From: Pristiophorus japonicus
Lineage: Eukaryota
Direction: 5' to 3'
Assembly: GCF_044704955.1 (NCBI RefSeq)
Contig: NC_091996.1
Span: 97,960,001 to 98,024,000 of the forward strand
DNA: 64,000 bases
Made by a program: the position numbers and the translations under genes. Numbering within the stretch: the stretch's first letter is position 1; each line of letters starts with the position of its first letter. Positions 47,701 to 62,700 of the stretch are shown piece after piece. The notes below the pieces were generated by a model, which did no database searches, had not been told where the DNA came from, and worked only from the letters and a program-made list of their open reading frames with translations.

Positions 47701-50700
47701 CTGTCCCCATAGCCCTGTATCAATCCCCAAACTAATCCCACTGCCCCACACTCTCCCGATAGCCCTGTATCAATCCCCAAACTAATCCCACTGCCCCGCA
47801 CTCTCCCCATAGCCCTGTATCAATCCCAAACTAATCCCACTGCCCCGCTCTCTCCCCATAGTCCTGTATCAATCCCCAAACTAATCCCACTGCCCCACTC
47901 TCTCCCCATAGCCCTGTATCAATCCTAAACTAATCCCACTGCAATGCTCTCTCCCCATAGTCCTGTTTCAATTCCCAAACTAATCCCACTGCCCCACACT
48001 CTTCCCATAGCACTGTATCAATCCCCAAACAAATCCCACTGCCCCGCTCTCTCCCCATAGCCCTGTATCAATCCCAAACTATTCCCACTGCCCCACTCTC
48101 TCCCCGTAGCCCTGTATCAATCCCAAACTAATCCCACTGCCCCACTCTTTGCCCATAGCCTTGTATCAATCCCCAAAATAATCCCACTGCCCCGCTCTCT
48201 CCCCATAGCCCTGTATCAATCCCAAATTAATCCCACTTCCCCACTCTCTCCCCATAGCCCTGTATCAATCCCCAAACTAATCCCACTGCCCCACTTTCTC
48301 TCCATAGCCCTGTATCAATCCTAAACTAATCCCACTGCACCGCTCTCTCCCCATAGTCCTGTTTCAATTCCCAAACTAATCCCACTGCCCCGCTCTCCCC
48401 ATAGTCCTGTATCAATCCCCAAACTAATCCCACTGCCCCGCACTCTCCCCATAGCCCTGTATCAATCCCCAAACTAATCCCACTGCCCCGCACTCTTCCC
48501 ATAGCACTGTATCAATCCCCAAACTAATCCCACTGCCCCGCTCTCTCCGCATAGCCCTGTATCAATCCCAAACTATTCCCACTGCCCCACTCTCTCCCCG
48601 TAGCCCTGTATCAATCCCAAACTAATCCCACTGCCCCACTCTTTGCCCATAGCCTTGTATCAATCCCCAAAATAATCCCACTGCCCTGCTCTCTCCCCAT
48701 AGCCCTGTATCAATCCCAAACTAATCCCACTGCCCCACTCTCTCCCCATAGCCCTGTATCAATCCCCAAACTAATCCCACTGCCCCGCTCTCCCCATAGC
48801 CCTGTATCAATCCCAAATTAATCCCACTTCCCCACTCTCTCCCCATAGCCCTGTATCAATCCTCAAACTAATCCCACAGCCCCAATCTCTCCCCATAGCC
48901 CTGTATCAATCACAAACTAATCCCACTGCCCCGCTCTCTCCCCATAGCCCTGTATCAATCCCCAAACTAATCCCACTGCCCCGCTCTCCCCATAGCCCTG
49001 CATCAATCCCCAAACTAATCCCACTGCCCCGCTCTCTCCCCATAGTCCTGTATCAATCCCCAAACAAATCCCACTGCTCTGCTCTGTCCCCATAGCCCTG
49101 TATCAATCCCAAACTAATCCCACAGCCCCGCGCTCTCCCCATAACCCTGTATCAATCCCCAAACTAACCCCACTGCCCTGCTTTCTCCCCATAACCCTGT
49201 ATCAATCCCAAACTAATCTCACTGCCCCACTCTCTCCCCATAGCCCTTTACCAATCCCCAAACTAATCCCACTGCCCCACTCTCTCCCCATAGTCCTGTA
49301 TCAATCCCCAAACTAATCCCACAGCCCCAATCTCTCCCCATAGCCCTGTATCAATAACAAACTAATCCCACTGCCCCGCTCTCTCCCCATAGCCCTGTAC
49401 CAATCCCCAAACTAATCCCACTGCCCCACTCTCTCCCCATAGTCCTGTATCAATCCCCAAACTAATCCCACAGCCCCAATCTCTCCCCATAGCCCTGTAT
49501 CAATCACAAACTAATCCCACTGCACCGCTCTCTCCCCATAGTTCTGTATAAATCCCCAAACTAATCTTACTGCCCCACTCTCTCCCCATAGCCCTGTATC
49601 AATCCCCAAACTAATCCCACTGCCCCGCACTCTCCCCATAGCACTGTATCAATCCCCAAACAAATCCCACTGCCCCGCTCTCCCCAGAGCCCTGCATCAA
49701 TCCCCAAACTAATCCCACTGCCCCGCACTCTCCCCATAGCCCTGTATCAATCCCCAAACAAATCCCACTGCCCCACTCTCTACCCATAGCCCTGTTTCAA
49801 TTCCCAAACTAATCCCACTGCCCCGTTCTCTCCCCATACCCCTGTATCAATCGCCAAACTAATACCACTGCCGCGCTCTCTCCCCATAGCCCTGTATCAA
49901 TCCCCAAACTAATCCCACTGCCCCGCTCTCTCCCCATAGTCGGTATCAATCCCCAAACTAATCCCACTGCCCCGCTCTCTCCCCATAGCCCTGTCTCAAT
50001 CACAAACTAATCCCACTGCCCCACTCTCTCCCCATAGTCCTGTATCAATACCCAAACTAATCCCACTGCATCGCTCTCTCCCCATAGCCCTGTATCAATC
50101 CCCAAACTAATCCCACTGCCCCGCTCTCGCCCCATAGTCCTGTATCAATCCCCAAACTAATCCCACTGCCCCGCTCTCTCCCCATAGTCCTGTATCAATC
50201 CCCAAACGAATCCCACTGCCCCGCTCTCTCCCCATAGTCCTGTCTCAATCCCAAACTAATCCCACTGCCCCACTCTCTCCCCATAGCCCTGTATCAATCC
50301 CAAACTAATCCCACTGCCCCGCTCTCTCCACATAGCCCTGTATCAATCCCAAACTAATCCCACTACCCCGCTCTCTCCCCATAGCCCTGTATCAATCCCA
50401 AACTAATCCCACTGCCGCGCTCTGTCCCCATAGTCCTGTATCAATCCTCAAACTAATCCTACTGCCCCTCTCTCTCCCCACAGTCCTGTATCAATCTCTA
50501 AACTAATCCCACTGCCCCGCTCTCTCCCCATAGCCCTGTATCAATCCCCAAACTAATCCCACTGCCCCACACTCTCCCGATAGCACTGTATCAATCCCCA
50601 AACTAATCCCACTGCCCCGCTCTCTCCCCATAGTCCTGTATCAATCCCCAAACTAATCCCACTGCCCCACTCTCCCCCATAGCCCTGCATCAATCCTAAA

Positions 50701-53700
50701 CTAATCCCACTGCACCGCTCTCTCCCCATAGTCCTGTTTCAATTCCCAAACTAATCCCACTGCCCCGCTCTCTCCCCATAGCCCTGTATCAATCCCAAAA
50801 CTAATCCCACTGCCCCGCACTCTTCCCATAGCACTGTATCAATCCCCAAACTAATCCCACTGCCCCGCTCTCTCCGCATAGCCCTGTATCAATCCCAAAC
50901 TATTCCCACTGCCCCACTCTCTCCCCATAGCCCTGTATCAATCCCAAACTAATCCCACTGCCCCAATCTTTGCCCATAGCCTTGTATCAATCCCCAAAAT
51001 AATCCCACTGCCCCGCTCTCTCCCCATAGCCCTGTATCAATCCCAAATTAATCCCACTTCCCCACTCTCTCCCAATAGCCCTGTATCAATCCCCAAACTA
51101 ATCCCACAGCCCCAATCTCTCCCCATAGCCCTGTATCAATCACAAACTAATCCCACTGCCCCGCTCTCTCCCCATAGCCCTGTACCAATCCCCAAACTAA
51201 TCCCACTGCCCCACTCTCTCCCCATAGTCCTGTATCAATCCCCAAACTAATCCCACAGCCCCAATCTCTCCCCATAGCCCTGTATCAATCACAAACTAAT
51301 CCCACTGCACCGCTCTCTCCCCAGAGTTCTGTATAAATCACCAAACTAATCCCACTGCCCCACTCTCTCCCCATAGCCCTGTATCAATCCCCAAACTAAT
51401 CCCACTGCCCCGCACTCTCCCCATAGCACTGTATCAATCCCCAAACTAATCCCACTGCCCCGCTCTCTCCCCATAGTCCTGTATCAATCCCCAAACAAAT
51501 GCCACTGCTCTGCTCTGTCCCCATAGCCCTGTATCAATCCCCAAACTAATCCCACTGCCCCACTCTCCCCATAGCCCCGTATCAATCCCCAAACTAACCC
51601 CACTGCCCCGCTTTCTCCCCATAGCCCTGTATCAATCCCAAACTAATCTCACTGCCCCACTCTCTCCCCATAGCCCTGTACCAATCCCCAAACTAATCCC
51701 ACTGCCCCACTCTCTCCCCATAGTCCTGTATCGATCCCCAAACTAATCCCACAGCCCCAATCTCTCCCCATAGCCCTGTATCAATAACAAACTAATCCCA
51801 CTGCCCCGCTCTCTCCCCATAGCCCTGTACCAATCCCCAAACTAATCCCACTGCCCCACTCTCTCCCCATAGTCCTGTATCAATCCCCAAACTAATCCCA
51901 CAGCCCCAATCTCTCCCCATAGCCCTGTATCAATCACAAACTAATCCCACTGCACCGCTCTCTCCCCATAGTTCTGTATAAATCCCCAAACTAATCCCAC
52001 TGCCCCACTCTCTCCCCATAGCCCTGTATCAATCCCCAAACTAATCCCACTGCCCCGCACTCTCCCCATAGCCCTGTATCAATCCCCAAACTAATCCCAC
52101 TGCCCCGCTCTCTCCCCATAGCCCTGTATCAATCCCCAAACAAATCCCACTGCCACACTCTCTACCCATAGCCCTGTTTCAATTCCCAAACTAATCCCAC
52201 TGCCCCGTTCTCTCCCCATAGCCCTGTATCAATCACAAACTAATCCCACTGCACCGCTCTCTCCCCATAGTTCTGTATAAATCACCAAACTAATCCCACT
52301 GCCCCACTCTCTCCCCATAGCCCTGTATCAATCCCCAAACTAATCCCACTGCCCCGCTCTCCCCATAGCCCTGCATCAATCCCCAAACTAATCCCACTGC
52401 CCCGCTCTCTCCCCATAGTCCTGTATCAATCCCAAACAAATCCCACTGCTCTGCTCTGTCCCCATAGCCCTGTATCAATCCCCAAACTAATCCCACAGCC
52501 CCGCGCTCTCCCCATAACCCTGTATCAATCCCCAAACTAACCCCACTGCCCCGCTTTCTCCCCATAGCCCTGTATCAATCCCAAACTAATCTCACTGCCC
52601 CACTCTCTCCCCATAGCCCTGTACCAATCCCCAAACTAATCCCACTGCCCCACTCTCTCCCCATAGTCCTGTATCAATCCCCAAACTAATCCCACAGCCC
52701 CAATCTCTCCCCATAGCCCTGTATCAATAACAAACTAATCCCGCTGCCCCGCTCTCTCCCCATAGCCCTGTACCAATCCCCAAACTAATCCCACTGCCCC
52801 ACTCTCTCCCCATAGTCCTGTATCAATCCCCAAACTAATCCCACAGCCCCAATCTCTCCCCATAGCCCTGTATCAATCACAAACTAATCCCACTGCACCG
52901 CTCTCTCCCCATAGTTCTGTATAAATCCCCAAACTAATCCCACTGCCCCACTCTCTCCCCATAGCCCTGTATCAATCCCCAAACTAATCCCACTGCCCCG
53001 CACTCTCCCCATAGCACTATATCAATCCCCAAACTAATCCCACTGCCCCGCTCTCCCCAGAGCCCTGCATCAATCCCCAAACTAATCCCACTGCCCCGCT
53101 CTCTCCCCATAGCCCTGTATCAATCCCCAAACTAATCCCACTGCCCCACTCTCTACCCATAGCCCTGTTTCAATTCCCAAACTAATCCCACTGCCCCGTT
53201 CTATCCCCACAGCCCTGTATCAATCCCCAAACTAATCCCACTGCCCCGCACTCTCCCCATAGCACTGTATCAATCCCCAAACTAATCCCACTGCCCCGCT
53301 CTCCCCAGAGCCCTGCATCAATCCCCAAACTAATACCACTGCCCCGCTTTCTCCCCATAGCCCTGTACCAATCCCCAAACTAATCCCACTGCCCCACTCT
53401 CTCCCCATTGTCCTGTATCAGTCGCCTAACTAATCCCACTGCCCCACTCTCTCCCCATAGCCCTGTATCAATCCCAAACTAATCCCACTGCCCCGCTCTC
53501 TCCCCATAGTCCTGTATCAATCCCCAAACTAATCCCACTGCCCCGCTCTCTCCCCATAGCCCTGTATCAATCCCCAAACTAATCCCACTGCCCCGCTCTC
53601 TCCCCATAGCCCTGTATCAATCCCCAAACTAATCCCACTGCCCCGCTCTCTCCCCATAGTCCGGTATCAATCGCCAAACTAATCCCACTGCCCCGCTCTC

Positions 53701-56700
53701 TCCCCATAGCCCTGTCTCAATCACAAACTAATCCCACTGCCCCACTCTCTCCCCATACTCCTGTATCAATACCCAAACTAATCCCACTGCATCGCTCTCT
53801 CCCCATAGCCCTGTATCAATCCCCAAACTAATCCCACTGCCCCGCTCTCGCCCCATAGTCCTGTATCAATACCCAAACTAATCCCACTGCCCCGCTCTCT
53901 CCCCATAGTCCTGTATCAATCCCCAAACGAATCCCACTGCCCCGCTCTCTCCCCATAGTCCTGTCTCAATCCCAAACTAATCCCACTGCCCCACTCTCTC
54001 CCCATAGCCCTGTACCAATCCCCAAACTAATCCCGCTGCCCCACTTTCTCTCCATAGTCCTGTATCAATCCCCAAACTAATCCCACGGCCCCACTCTCTC
54101 CCCATAGCCCTGTATCAATCCCAAACTAATCCCACTGCACCGCTCTCTCCCCATAGTCCTGTATCAATCCCCAAACTAATCCCACTGCCCCGCTCTCTCC
54201 GCATAGACCTGTATCAATCCCAAACTAATCCCACTGCCCCACTCTCTCCCCATAGCCCTGTATCAATCCCAAACAAATCCCACTGCCCCACTCTCTCCCC
54301 ATAGCCTTGTATCAATCCCCAAAATAATCCCACTGCCCCGCTCTCTCCCCATAGCCCTGTATCAATCCCAAACTAATCCCACTGCCCCACTCTCTCCCCA
54401 TAGTCCTGTATCAATCCCCAAACTAATCCTACTGCCCCGCTCTCTCCCCATAGTCCTGTATCAATCCCTAAACTAATCCCACTGCCCCGCTCTCCCCATA
54501 GCCCTGCATCAATCCCCAAACTAATCCCACTGCCCCGTTCTCTCCCCATAGCCCTGTATCAATCCCCAAACTAATCCCACTGCCCCGCTCTCTCCCCATA
54601 GCCCTGTATCAATCCCCAAACTAATCCCACTGCCCCGCTCTCTCCCCATAGTCCTGTATCAATCCCCAAACAAATCCCACTGCCCCGCACTCTCCCCATA
54701 GCACTGTATCAATCCCCAGACTAATCCCACTGCCCCGCTCTCCCCAGAGCCCTGCATCAATCCCCAAACTAATCCCACTGCCCCGCACTCTCCCCATAGC
54801 CCTGTATCAATCCCCAAACAAATCCCACTGCCCCACTCTCTACCCATAGCCCTGTTTCAATTCCCAAACTAATCCCACTGCCCCGTTCGTTCCCCATAGC
54901 CCTGTATCAATCACAAACTAATCCCACTGCACCGCTCTCTCCCCATAGTTCTGTATAAATCACCAAACTAATCCCACTGCCCCACTCTCTCCCCATAGCC
55001 CTGTATCAATCCCCAAACTAATCCCACTGCCCCGCACTCTCCCCATAGCACTGTATCAATCCCCAAACTAATCCGACTGCCCCGCTCTCCCCATAGCCCT
55101 GCATCAATCCCCAAACTAATCCCACTGCCCCGCTCTCTACCCATTGCCCTGTATCAATCCCCAAACTAATCCCACTGCCCCGCTCTCCCCATAGCCCTGC
55201 ATCAATCCCCAAACTAATCCCACTGCCCCGCTCTCTCCCCATAGTCCTGTATCAATCCCCAAACAAATCCCACTGCTCTGCTCTGTCCCCATAGCCCTGT
55301 ATCAATCCCCAAACTAATCCCACAGCCCCGCGCTCTCCCCATAACCCTGTATCAATCCCTAAACTAACCCCACTGCCCTGCTTTCTCCCCATAGCCCTGT
55401 ATCAATCCCAAACTAATCTCACTGCCCCACTCTCTCCCCATAGCCCTGTACCAATCCCCAAACTAATCCCACTGCCCCACTCTCTCCCCATAGTCCTGTA
55501 TCAATCCCCAAACTAATCCCACAGCCCCAATCTCTCCCCATAGCCCTGTATCAATAACAAACTAATCCCGCTGCCCCGCTCTCTCCCCATAGCCCTGTAC
55601 CAATCCCCAAACTAATCCCACTGCCCCACTCTCTCCCCATAGTCCTGTATCAATCCCCAAACTAATCCCACAGCCCCAATCTCTCCCCATAGCCCTGTAT
55701 CAATCACAAACTAATCCCACTGCACCGCTCTCTCCCCATAGTTCTGTATAAATCCCCAAACTAATCCCACTGCCCCACTCTCTCCCCATAGCCCTGTATC
55801 AATCCCCAAACTAATCCCACTGCCCCGCACTCTCCCCATAGCACTGTATCAATCCCCAAACTAATCCCACTGCCCCGCTCTCCCCAGAGCCCTGCATCAA
55901 TCCCCAAACTAATCCCACTGCCCCGCTCTCTCCCCATAGCCCTGTATCAATCCCCAAACTAATCCCACTGCCCCACTCTCTACCCATAGCCCTGTTTCAA
56001 TTCCCAAACTAATCCCACTGCCCCGTTCTCTCCCCATAGCCCTGTATCAATCACAAACTAATCCCACTGCACCGCTCTCTCCCCATAGTTCTGTATAAAT
56101 CCCCAAACTAATCCCACTGCCCCACTCTCTCCCCACAGCCCTGTATCAATCCCCAAACTAATCCCACTGCCCCGCACTCTCCCCATAGCACTGTATCAAT
56201 CCCCAAACTAATCCCACTGCCCCGCTCTCCCCAGAGCACTGCATCAATCCCCAAACTAATACCACTGCCCCGCTTTCTCCCCATAGCCCTGTACCAATCC
56301 CCAAACTAATCCCACTGCCCCACTCTCTCCCCATTGTCCTGTATCAGTCGCCTAACTAATCCCACTGCCCCACTCTCTCCCCATAGCCCTGTATCAATCC
56401 CAAACTAATCCCACTGCCCCGCTCTCTCCCCATAGTCCTGTATCAATCCCCAAACTAATCCCACTGCCCCGCTCTCTCCCCATAGCCCTGTATCAATCCC
56501 CAAACTAATCCCACTGCCCCGCTCTCTCCCCATAGCCCTGTATCAATCCCCAAACTAATCCCACTGCCCCGCTCTCTCCCCATAGTCCGGTATCAATCGC
56601 CAAACTAATCCCACTGCCCCGCTCTCTCCCCATAGTCCTGTCTCAATCACAAACTAATCCCACTGCCCCACTCTCTCCCCATACTCCTGTATCAATACCC

Positions 56701-59700
56701 AAACTAATCCCACTGCATCGCTCTCTCCCCATAGCCCTGTATCAATCCCCAAACTAATCCCACTGCCCCGCTCTCGCCCCATAGTCCTGTATCAATCCCA
56801 AACTAATCCCACTGCCCCGCTCTCTCCCCATAGTCCTGTATCAATCCCCAAACGAATCCCACTGCCCCGCTCTCTCCCCATAGTCCTGTCTCAATCCCAA
56901 ACTAATCCCACTGCCCCACTCTCTCCCCATAGCCCTGTACCAATCCCCAAACTAATCCCGCTGCCCCATTTTCTCTCCATAGTCCTGTATCAATCCCCAA
57001 ACTAATCCCACGGCCCCACTCTCTCCCCATAGCCCTGTATCAATCCCAAACTAATCCCACTGCACCGCTCTCTCCCCATAGTCCTGTATCAATCCCCAAA
57101 CTAATCCCACTGCCCCGCTCTCTCCGCATAGACCTGTATCAATCCCAAACTAATCCCACTGCCCCACTCTCTCCCCATAGCCCTGTATCAATCCCAAACA
57201 AATCCCACTGCCCCACTCTCTCCCCATAGCCTTGTATCAATCCCCAAAATAATCCCACTGCCCCGCTCTCTCCCCATAGTCCTGTATCAATCCCCAAACT
57301 AATCCTACTGCCCCACTCTCTCCCCATAGTCCTGTATCAATCCCTAAACTAATCCCACTGCCCCGCTCTCCCCATAGCCCTGCATCAATCCCCAAACTAA
57401 TCCCACTGCCCCGTTCTCTCCCCATAGCCCTGTATCAATCCCCAACCTAATCCCACTGCCCCGCTCTCTCCCCATAGCCCTGTATCAATCCCCAAACTAA
57501 TCCCACTGCCCCGCTCTCTCCCCATAGTCCTGTATCAATCCCCAAACAAATCCCACTGCTCTGCTCTGTCCCCATAGCCCTGTATCAATCCCCAAACTAA
57601 TCCCACTGCCCCGCACTCTCCCCATAGCACTGTATCAATCCCCAAACTAATCCCACTGCCCCGCTCTCCCCATAGCCCTGCCTCAATCCCCAAACTAATC
57701 CCACTGCCCCGTTCTCTCCCCATAGCCCTGTATCAATCCCCAAACTAATCCCACTGCCCCACTCTCTCCCCATAGCCCTGTATCAATCCTAAACTAATCC
57801 CACTGCACCGCTCTCTCCCCATAGTCCTGTTTCAATTCCCAAACTAATCCCACTGCCCCGCTCTCCCCATAGCCCTGTATCAATCCCCAAACTAATCCCA
57901 CTGCCCCGCACTCTTCCCATAGCACTGTATCAATCCCCAAACTAATCCCACTGCCCCGCTCTCTCCGCATAGCCCTGTATCAATCCCAAACTATTCCCAC
58001 TGCCCCACTCTATCCCCATAGCCCTGTATCAATCCCAAACTAATCCCACTGCCCCAATCTTTGCCCATAGCCTTGTATCAATCCCCAAAATAATCCCACT
58101 GCCCCGCTCTCTCCCCATAGCCCTGTATCAATCCCAAATTAATCCCACTTCCCCACTCTCTCCCCATAGCCCTGTATCAATCCCCAAACTAATCCCACAG
58201 CCCCAATCTCTCCCCATAGCCCTGTATCAATCACAAACTAATCCCACTGCCCCGCTCTCTCCCCATAGCCCTGTACCAATCCCCAAACTAATCCCACTGC
58301 CCCACTCTCTCCCCATAGTCCTGTATCAATCCCCAAACTAATCCCACAACCCCAATCTCTCCCCTTAGCCCTGTATCAATCACAAACTAATCCCACTGCA
58401 CCGCTCTCTCCCCGTAGTTCTGTATAAATCACCAAACTAATCCCACTGCCCCACTCTCTCCCCATAGCCCTGTATCAATCCCCAAACTAATCCCACTGCC
58501 CCGCACTCTCCCCATAGCACTGTATCAATCCCCAAACTAATCCCACTGCCCCGGTCTCCCCATAGCACTGCATCAATCCTCAAACTAATCCCACTGCCCC
58601 GCTCTCTACCCATAGCCCTGTATCAATCCCCAAACTAATCCCACTGCCCCGCTCTCCCCATAGCCCTGCATCAATCCCCAAACTAATCCCACTGCCCCGC
58701 TCTCTCCCCATAGTCCTGTATCAATCCCCAAACAAATCCCACTGCTCTGCTCTGTCCCCATAGCCCTGTATCAATCCCCAAACTAATCCCACAGCCCCGC
58801 GCTCTCCCCATAACCCTGTATCAATCCCCAAACTAACCCCACTGCCCCGCTTTCTCCCCATAGCCCTGTATCAATCCCAAACTAATCTCACTGCCCCACT
58901 CTCTCCCCATCGCCCTGTACCAATCCCCAAACTAATCCCACTGCCCCACTCTCTCCCCATAGTCCTGTATCAATCCCCAAACTAATCCCACAGCCCCAAT
59001 CTCTCCCCATAGCCCTGTATCAATAACAAACTAATCCCACTGCCCCGCTCTCTCCCCATAGCCCTGTACCAATCCTCAAACTAATCCCACTGCCCCACTC
59101 TCTCCCCATAGTCCTGTATCAATCCCCAAACTAATCCCACAGCCCCAATCTCTCCCCATAGCCCTGTATCAATCACAAACTAATCCCACTGCACCGCTCT
59201 CTCCCCATAGTTCTGTATAAATCCCCAAACTAATCCCACTGCCCCACTCTCTCCCCATAGCCCTGTATCAATCCCCAAACTAATCCCACTGCCCCGCACT
59301 CTCCCCACAGCACTGTATCAATCCCCAAACTAATCCCACTGCCCCGCTCTCCCCAGAGCCCTGTTTCAATTCCCAAACTAATCCCACTGCCCCGTTCTCT
59401 CCCCATAGCCCTGTATCAATCACAAACTAATCCCACTGCACCGCTCTCTCCCCATAGTTCTGTATAAATCACCAAACTAATCCCACTGCCCCACTCTCTC
59501 CCCATAGCCCTGTATCAATCCCCAAACTAATCCCACTGCCCCGCACTCTCCCCATAGCACTGTATCAATCCCCAAACTAATTCCACTGCCCCGCTCTCCC
59601 CATAGCCCTGCATCAATCCCCAAACTAATCCCACTGCCCCGCTCTCGACCCATAGCCCTGTGTCAATCCCCAAACTAATCCCACTGCCCCGCTCTCCCCA

Positions 59701-62700
59701 TAGCCCTGCATCAATCCCCAAACTAATCCCACTGCCCCGCTCTCTCCCCATAGTCCTGTATCAATCCGCAAACAAATCCCACTGCTCTGCTCTGTCCCCA
59801 TAGCCCTGTATCAATCCCCAAACTAATCCCACTGCCCCGCTTTCTCCCCATAGCCCTGTATCAATCCCAAACTAATCTCACTGCCCCACGCTCTCCCCAT
59901 AGCCCTGTACCAATCCCCAAACTAATCCCACTGCCCCACTCTCTCCCCATAGTCTTGTATAAATCCCCAAACTAATCCCACAGCCCCGCACTCTCCCCAT
60001 AGCCCTGTATCAATAACAAACTAATCCCGCTGCCCCGCTCTCTCCCCATAGCCCTGTACCAATCCCCAAACTAATCCCACTGCCCCACTCTCTCCCCATA
60101 GTCCTGTATCAATCCCCAAACTAATCCCACAGCCCCAATCTCTCCCCATAGCCCTGTATCAATCACAAACTAATCCCACTGCACCGCTCTCTCCCCATAG
60201 TTCTATATAAATCCCCAAACTAATCCCACTGCCCCACTCTCTCCCCATAGCCATGTATCAATCCCCAAACTCATCCCACTGCCCCGCACTCTCCCCATAG
60301 CACTGTATCAATCCCCAAACTAATCCCACTGCCCCGCTCTCCCCAGAGCCCTGCATCAATCCCCAAACTAATCCCACTGCCCCGCTCTCTCCCCATAGCC
60401 CTGGATCAATCCCCAAACAAATCCCACTGCCCCACTCTCTACCCATAGCCCTGTTTCAATTCCCAAACTAATCCCACTGCCCCGTTCTCTCCCCATAGCC
60501 CTGTATCAATCACAAACTAATCCAACTGCACCGCTCTCTCCCCATAGTTCTGTATAAATCCCCAAACTAATCCCACTGCCCCACTCTCTCCCCATAGCCC
60601 TGTATCAATCCCCAAACTAATCCCACTGCCCCGCACTCTCCCCATAGCACTGTATCAATCCCCAAACTAATCCCACTGCCCCGCTCTCCGCAGAGCCCTG
60701 CATCAATCCCCAAACTAATCCCACTGCCCCGCTTTCTCCCCATAGCCCTGTACCAATCCCCAAACTAATCCCACTGCCCCACTCTCTCCCCATTGTCCTG
60801 TATCAGTCACCTAACTAATCCCACTGCCCCACTCTCTCCCCATAGCCCTGTATCAATCCCAAACTAATCCCACTGCCCCGCTCTCTCCCCATAGTCCTGT
60901 ATCAATCCCCAAACTAATCCCACTGCCCCGCTCTCTCCCCATAGCCCTGTATCAATCCCCAAACTAATCCCACTGCCCCGCTCTCTCCCCATAGCCCTGT
61001 ATCAATCCCCAAACTAATCCCACTGCCCCGCTCTCTCCCCATAGTCCGGTATCAATCGCCAAACTAATCCCACTGCCCCGCTCTCTCCCCATAGCCCTGT
61101 CTCAATCACAAACTAATCCCACTGCCCCACTCTCTCCCCATAGTCCTGTATCAATACCCAAACTAATCCCACTGCATCGCTCTCTCCCCATAGCCCTGTA
61201 TCTATCCCCAAACTAATCCCACTGCCCCGCTCTCGCCCCATAGTCCTGTATCAATCCCCAAACTAATCCCACTGCCCCGCTCTCTCCCCATAGTCCTGTA
61301 TCAATCCCCAAATGAATACCACTGCCCCGCTCTCTCCCCATAGTCCTGTCTCAATCCCAAACTAATCCCACTGCCCCACTCTCTCCCCATAGCCCTGTAC
61401 CAATCCCCAAACTAATCCCGCTGCCCCACTTTCTCTCCATAGTCCTGTATCAATCCCCAAACTAATCCCACGGCCCCACTCTCTCCCCATAGCCCTGTAT
61501 CAATCCCAAACTAATCCCACTGCACCGCTCTCTCCCCATAGTCCTGTATCAATCCCCAAACTAATCCCACTGCCCCGCTCTCTCCGCATAGACCTGTATC
61601 AATCCCAAACTAATCCCACTGCCCCACTCTCTCCCCATAGCCCTGTATCAATCCCAAACAAATCCCACTGCCCCACTCTCTCCCCATAGCCTTGTATCAA
61701 TCCCCAAAATAATCCCACTGCCCCGCTCTCTCCCCATAGCCCTGTATCAATCCCAAACTAATCCCACTGCCCCACACTCTCCCCATAGTCCTGTATCAAT
61801 CCCCAAACTAATCCTACTGCCCCGCTCTCTCCCCATAGTCCTGTATCAATCCCTAAACTAATCCCACTGCCCCGCTCTCCCCATAGCCCTGCATCAATCC
61901 CCAAACTAATCCCACTGCCCCGTTCTCTCCCCATAGCCCTGTATCAATCCCCAAACTAATCCCACTGCCCCGCTCTCTCCCCATAGCCCTGTATCAATCC
62001 CCAAACTAATCCCACTGCCCCGCTCTCTCCCCATAGCCCTGTATCAATCCCCAAACTAATCCCACTGCCCCGCTCTCTCCCCATAGCCCTGTATCAATCC
62101 CCAAACTAATCCCACTGCCCCGCTCTCTCCCCATAGTCCTGTATCAATCCCCAAACAAATCCCACTGACCCGCTCTCTCCCCATAGCCCTGTATCAATCC
62201 CCAAACTAAACCCACTGCCCCGCTCTCCCCATAGACCTGCATCAATCCCCAAACTAATCCCACTGCCCCGTTCTCTCCCCATAGCCCTGTATCAATCCCC
62301 AAACTAATCCCACTGCCCCGCTGTCTCCCCATAGCCCTGTATCAATCTCAAACTAATCCCACTGCCCTGTTCTCTCCCCATAGTCCTGTATCAATCCCCA
62401 AACTAATCCCACTGCCCCGCTCTCTCCCCATAGCCCTGTATCAATCCCAAACTAATCCCACTGCCCCGCTCTCTCCACATAGCCCTGTATCAATCCCAAA
62501 CTAATCCCACTACCCCGCTCTCTCCCCATAGCCCCGTATCAATCCCAAACTAATCCCACTGCCCCGCTCTCTCCCCATAATCCTGTATCAATCCCCAAAC
62601 GAATCCGACTGCCCCGCTCTCTCCCCATAGTCCTGTCTCAATCCCAAACTAATCCCACTGCCCCACTCTCTCCCCATAGCCCTGTACCAATCCCCAAACT

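Noticed and set aside
34578-62332. Short minus-strand ORFs (MGRERGSGISLG...) in the satellite
   Set aside because: Chance runs of monomers lacking stops; useful only as variant markers.
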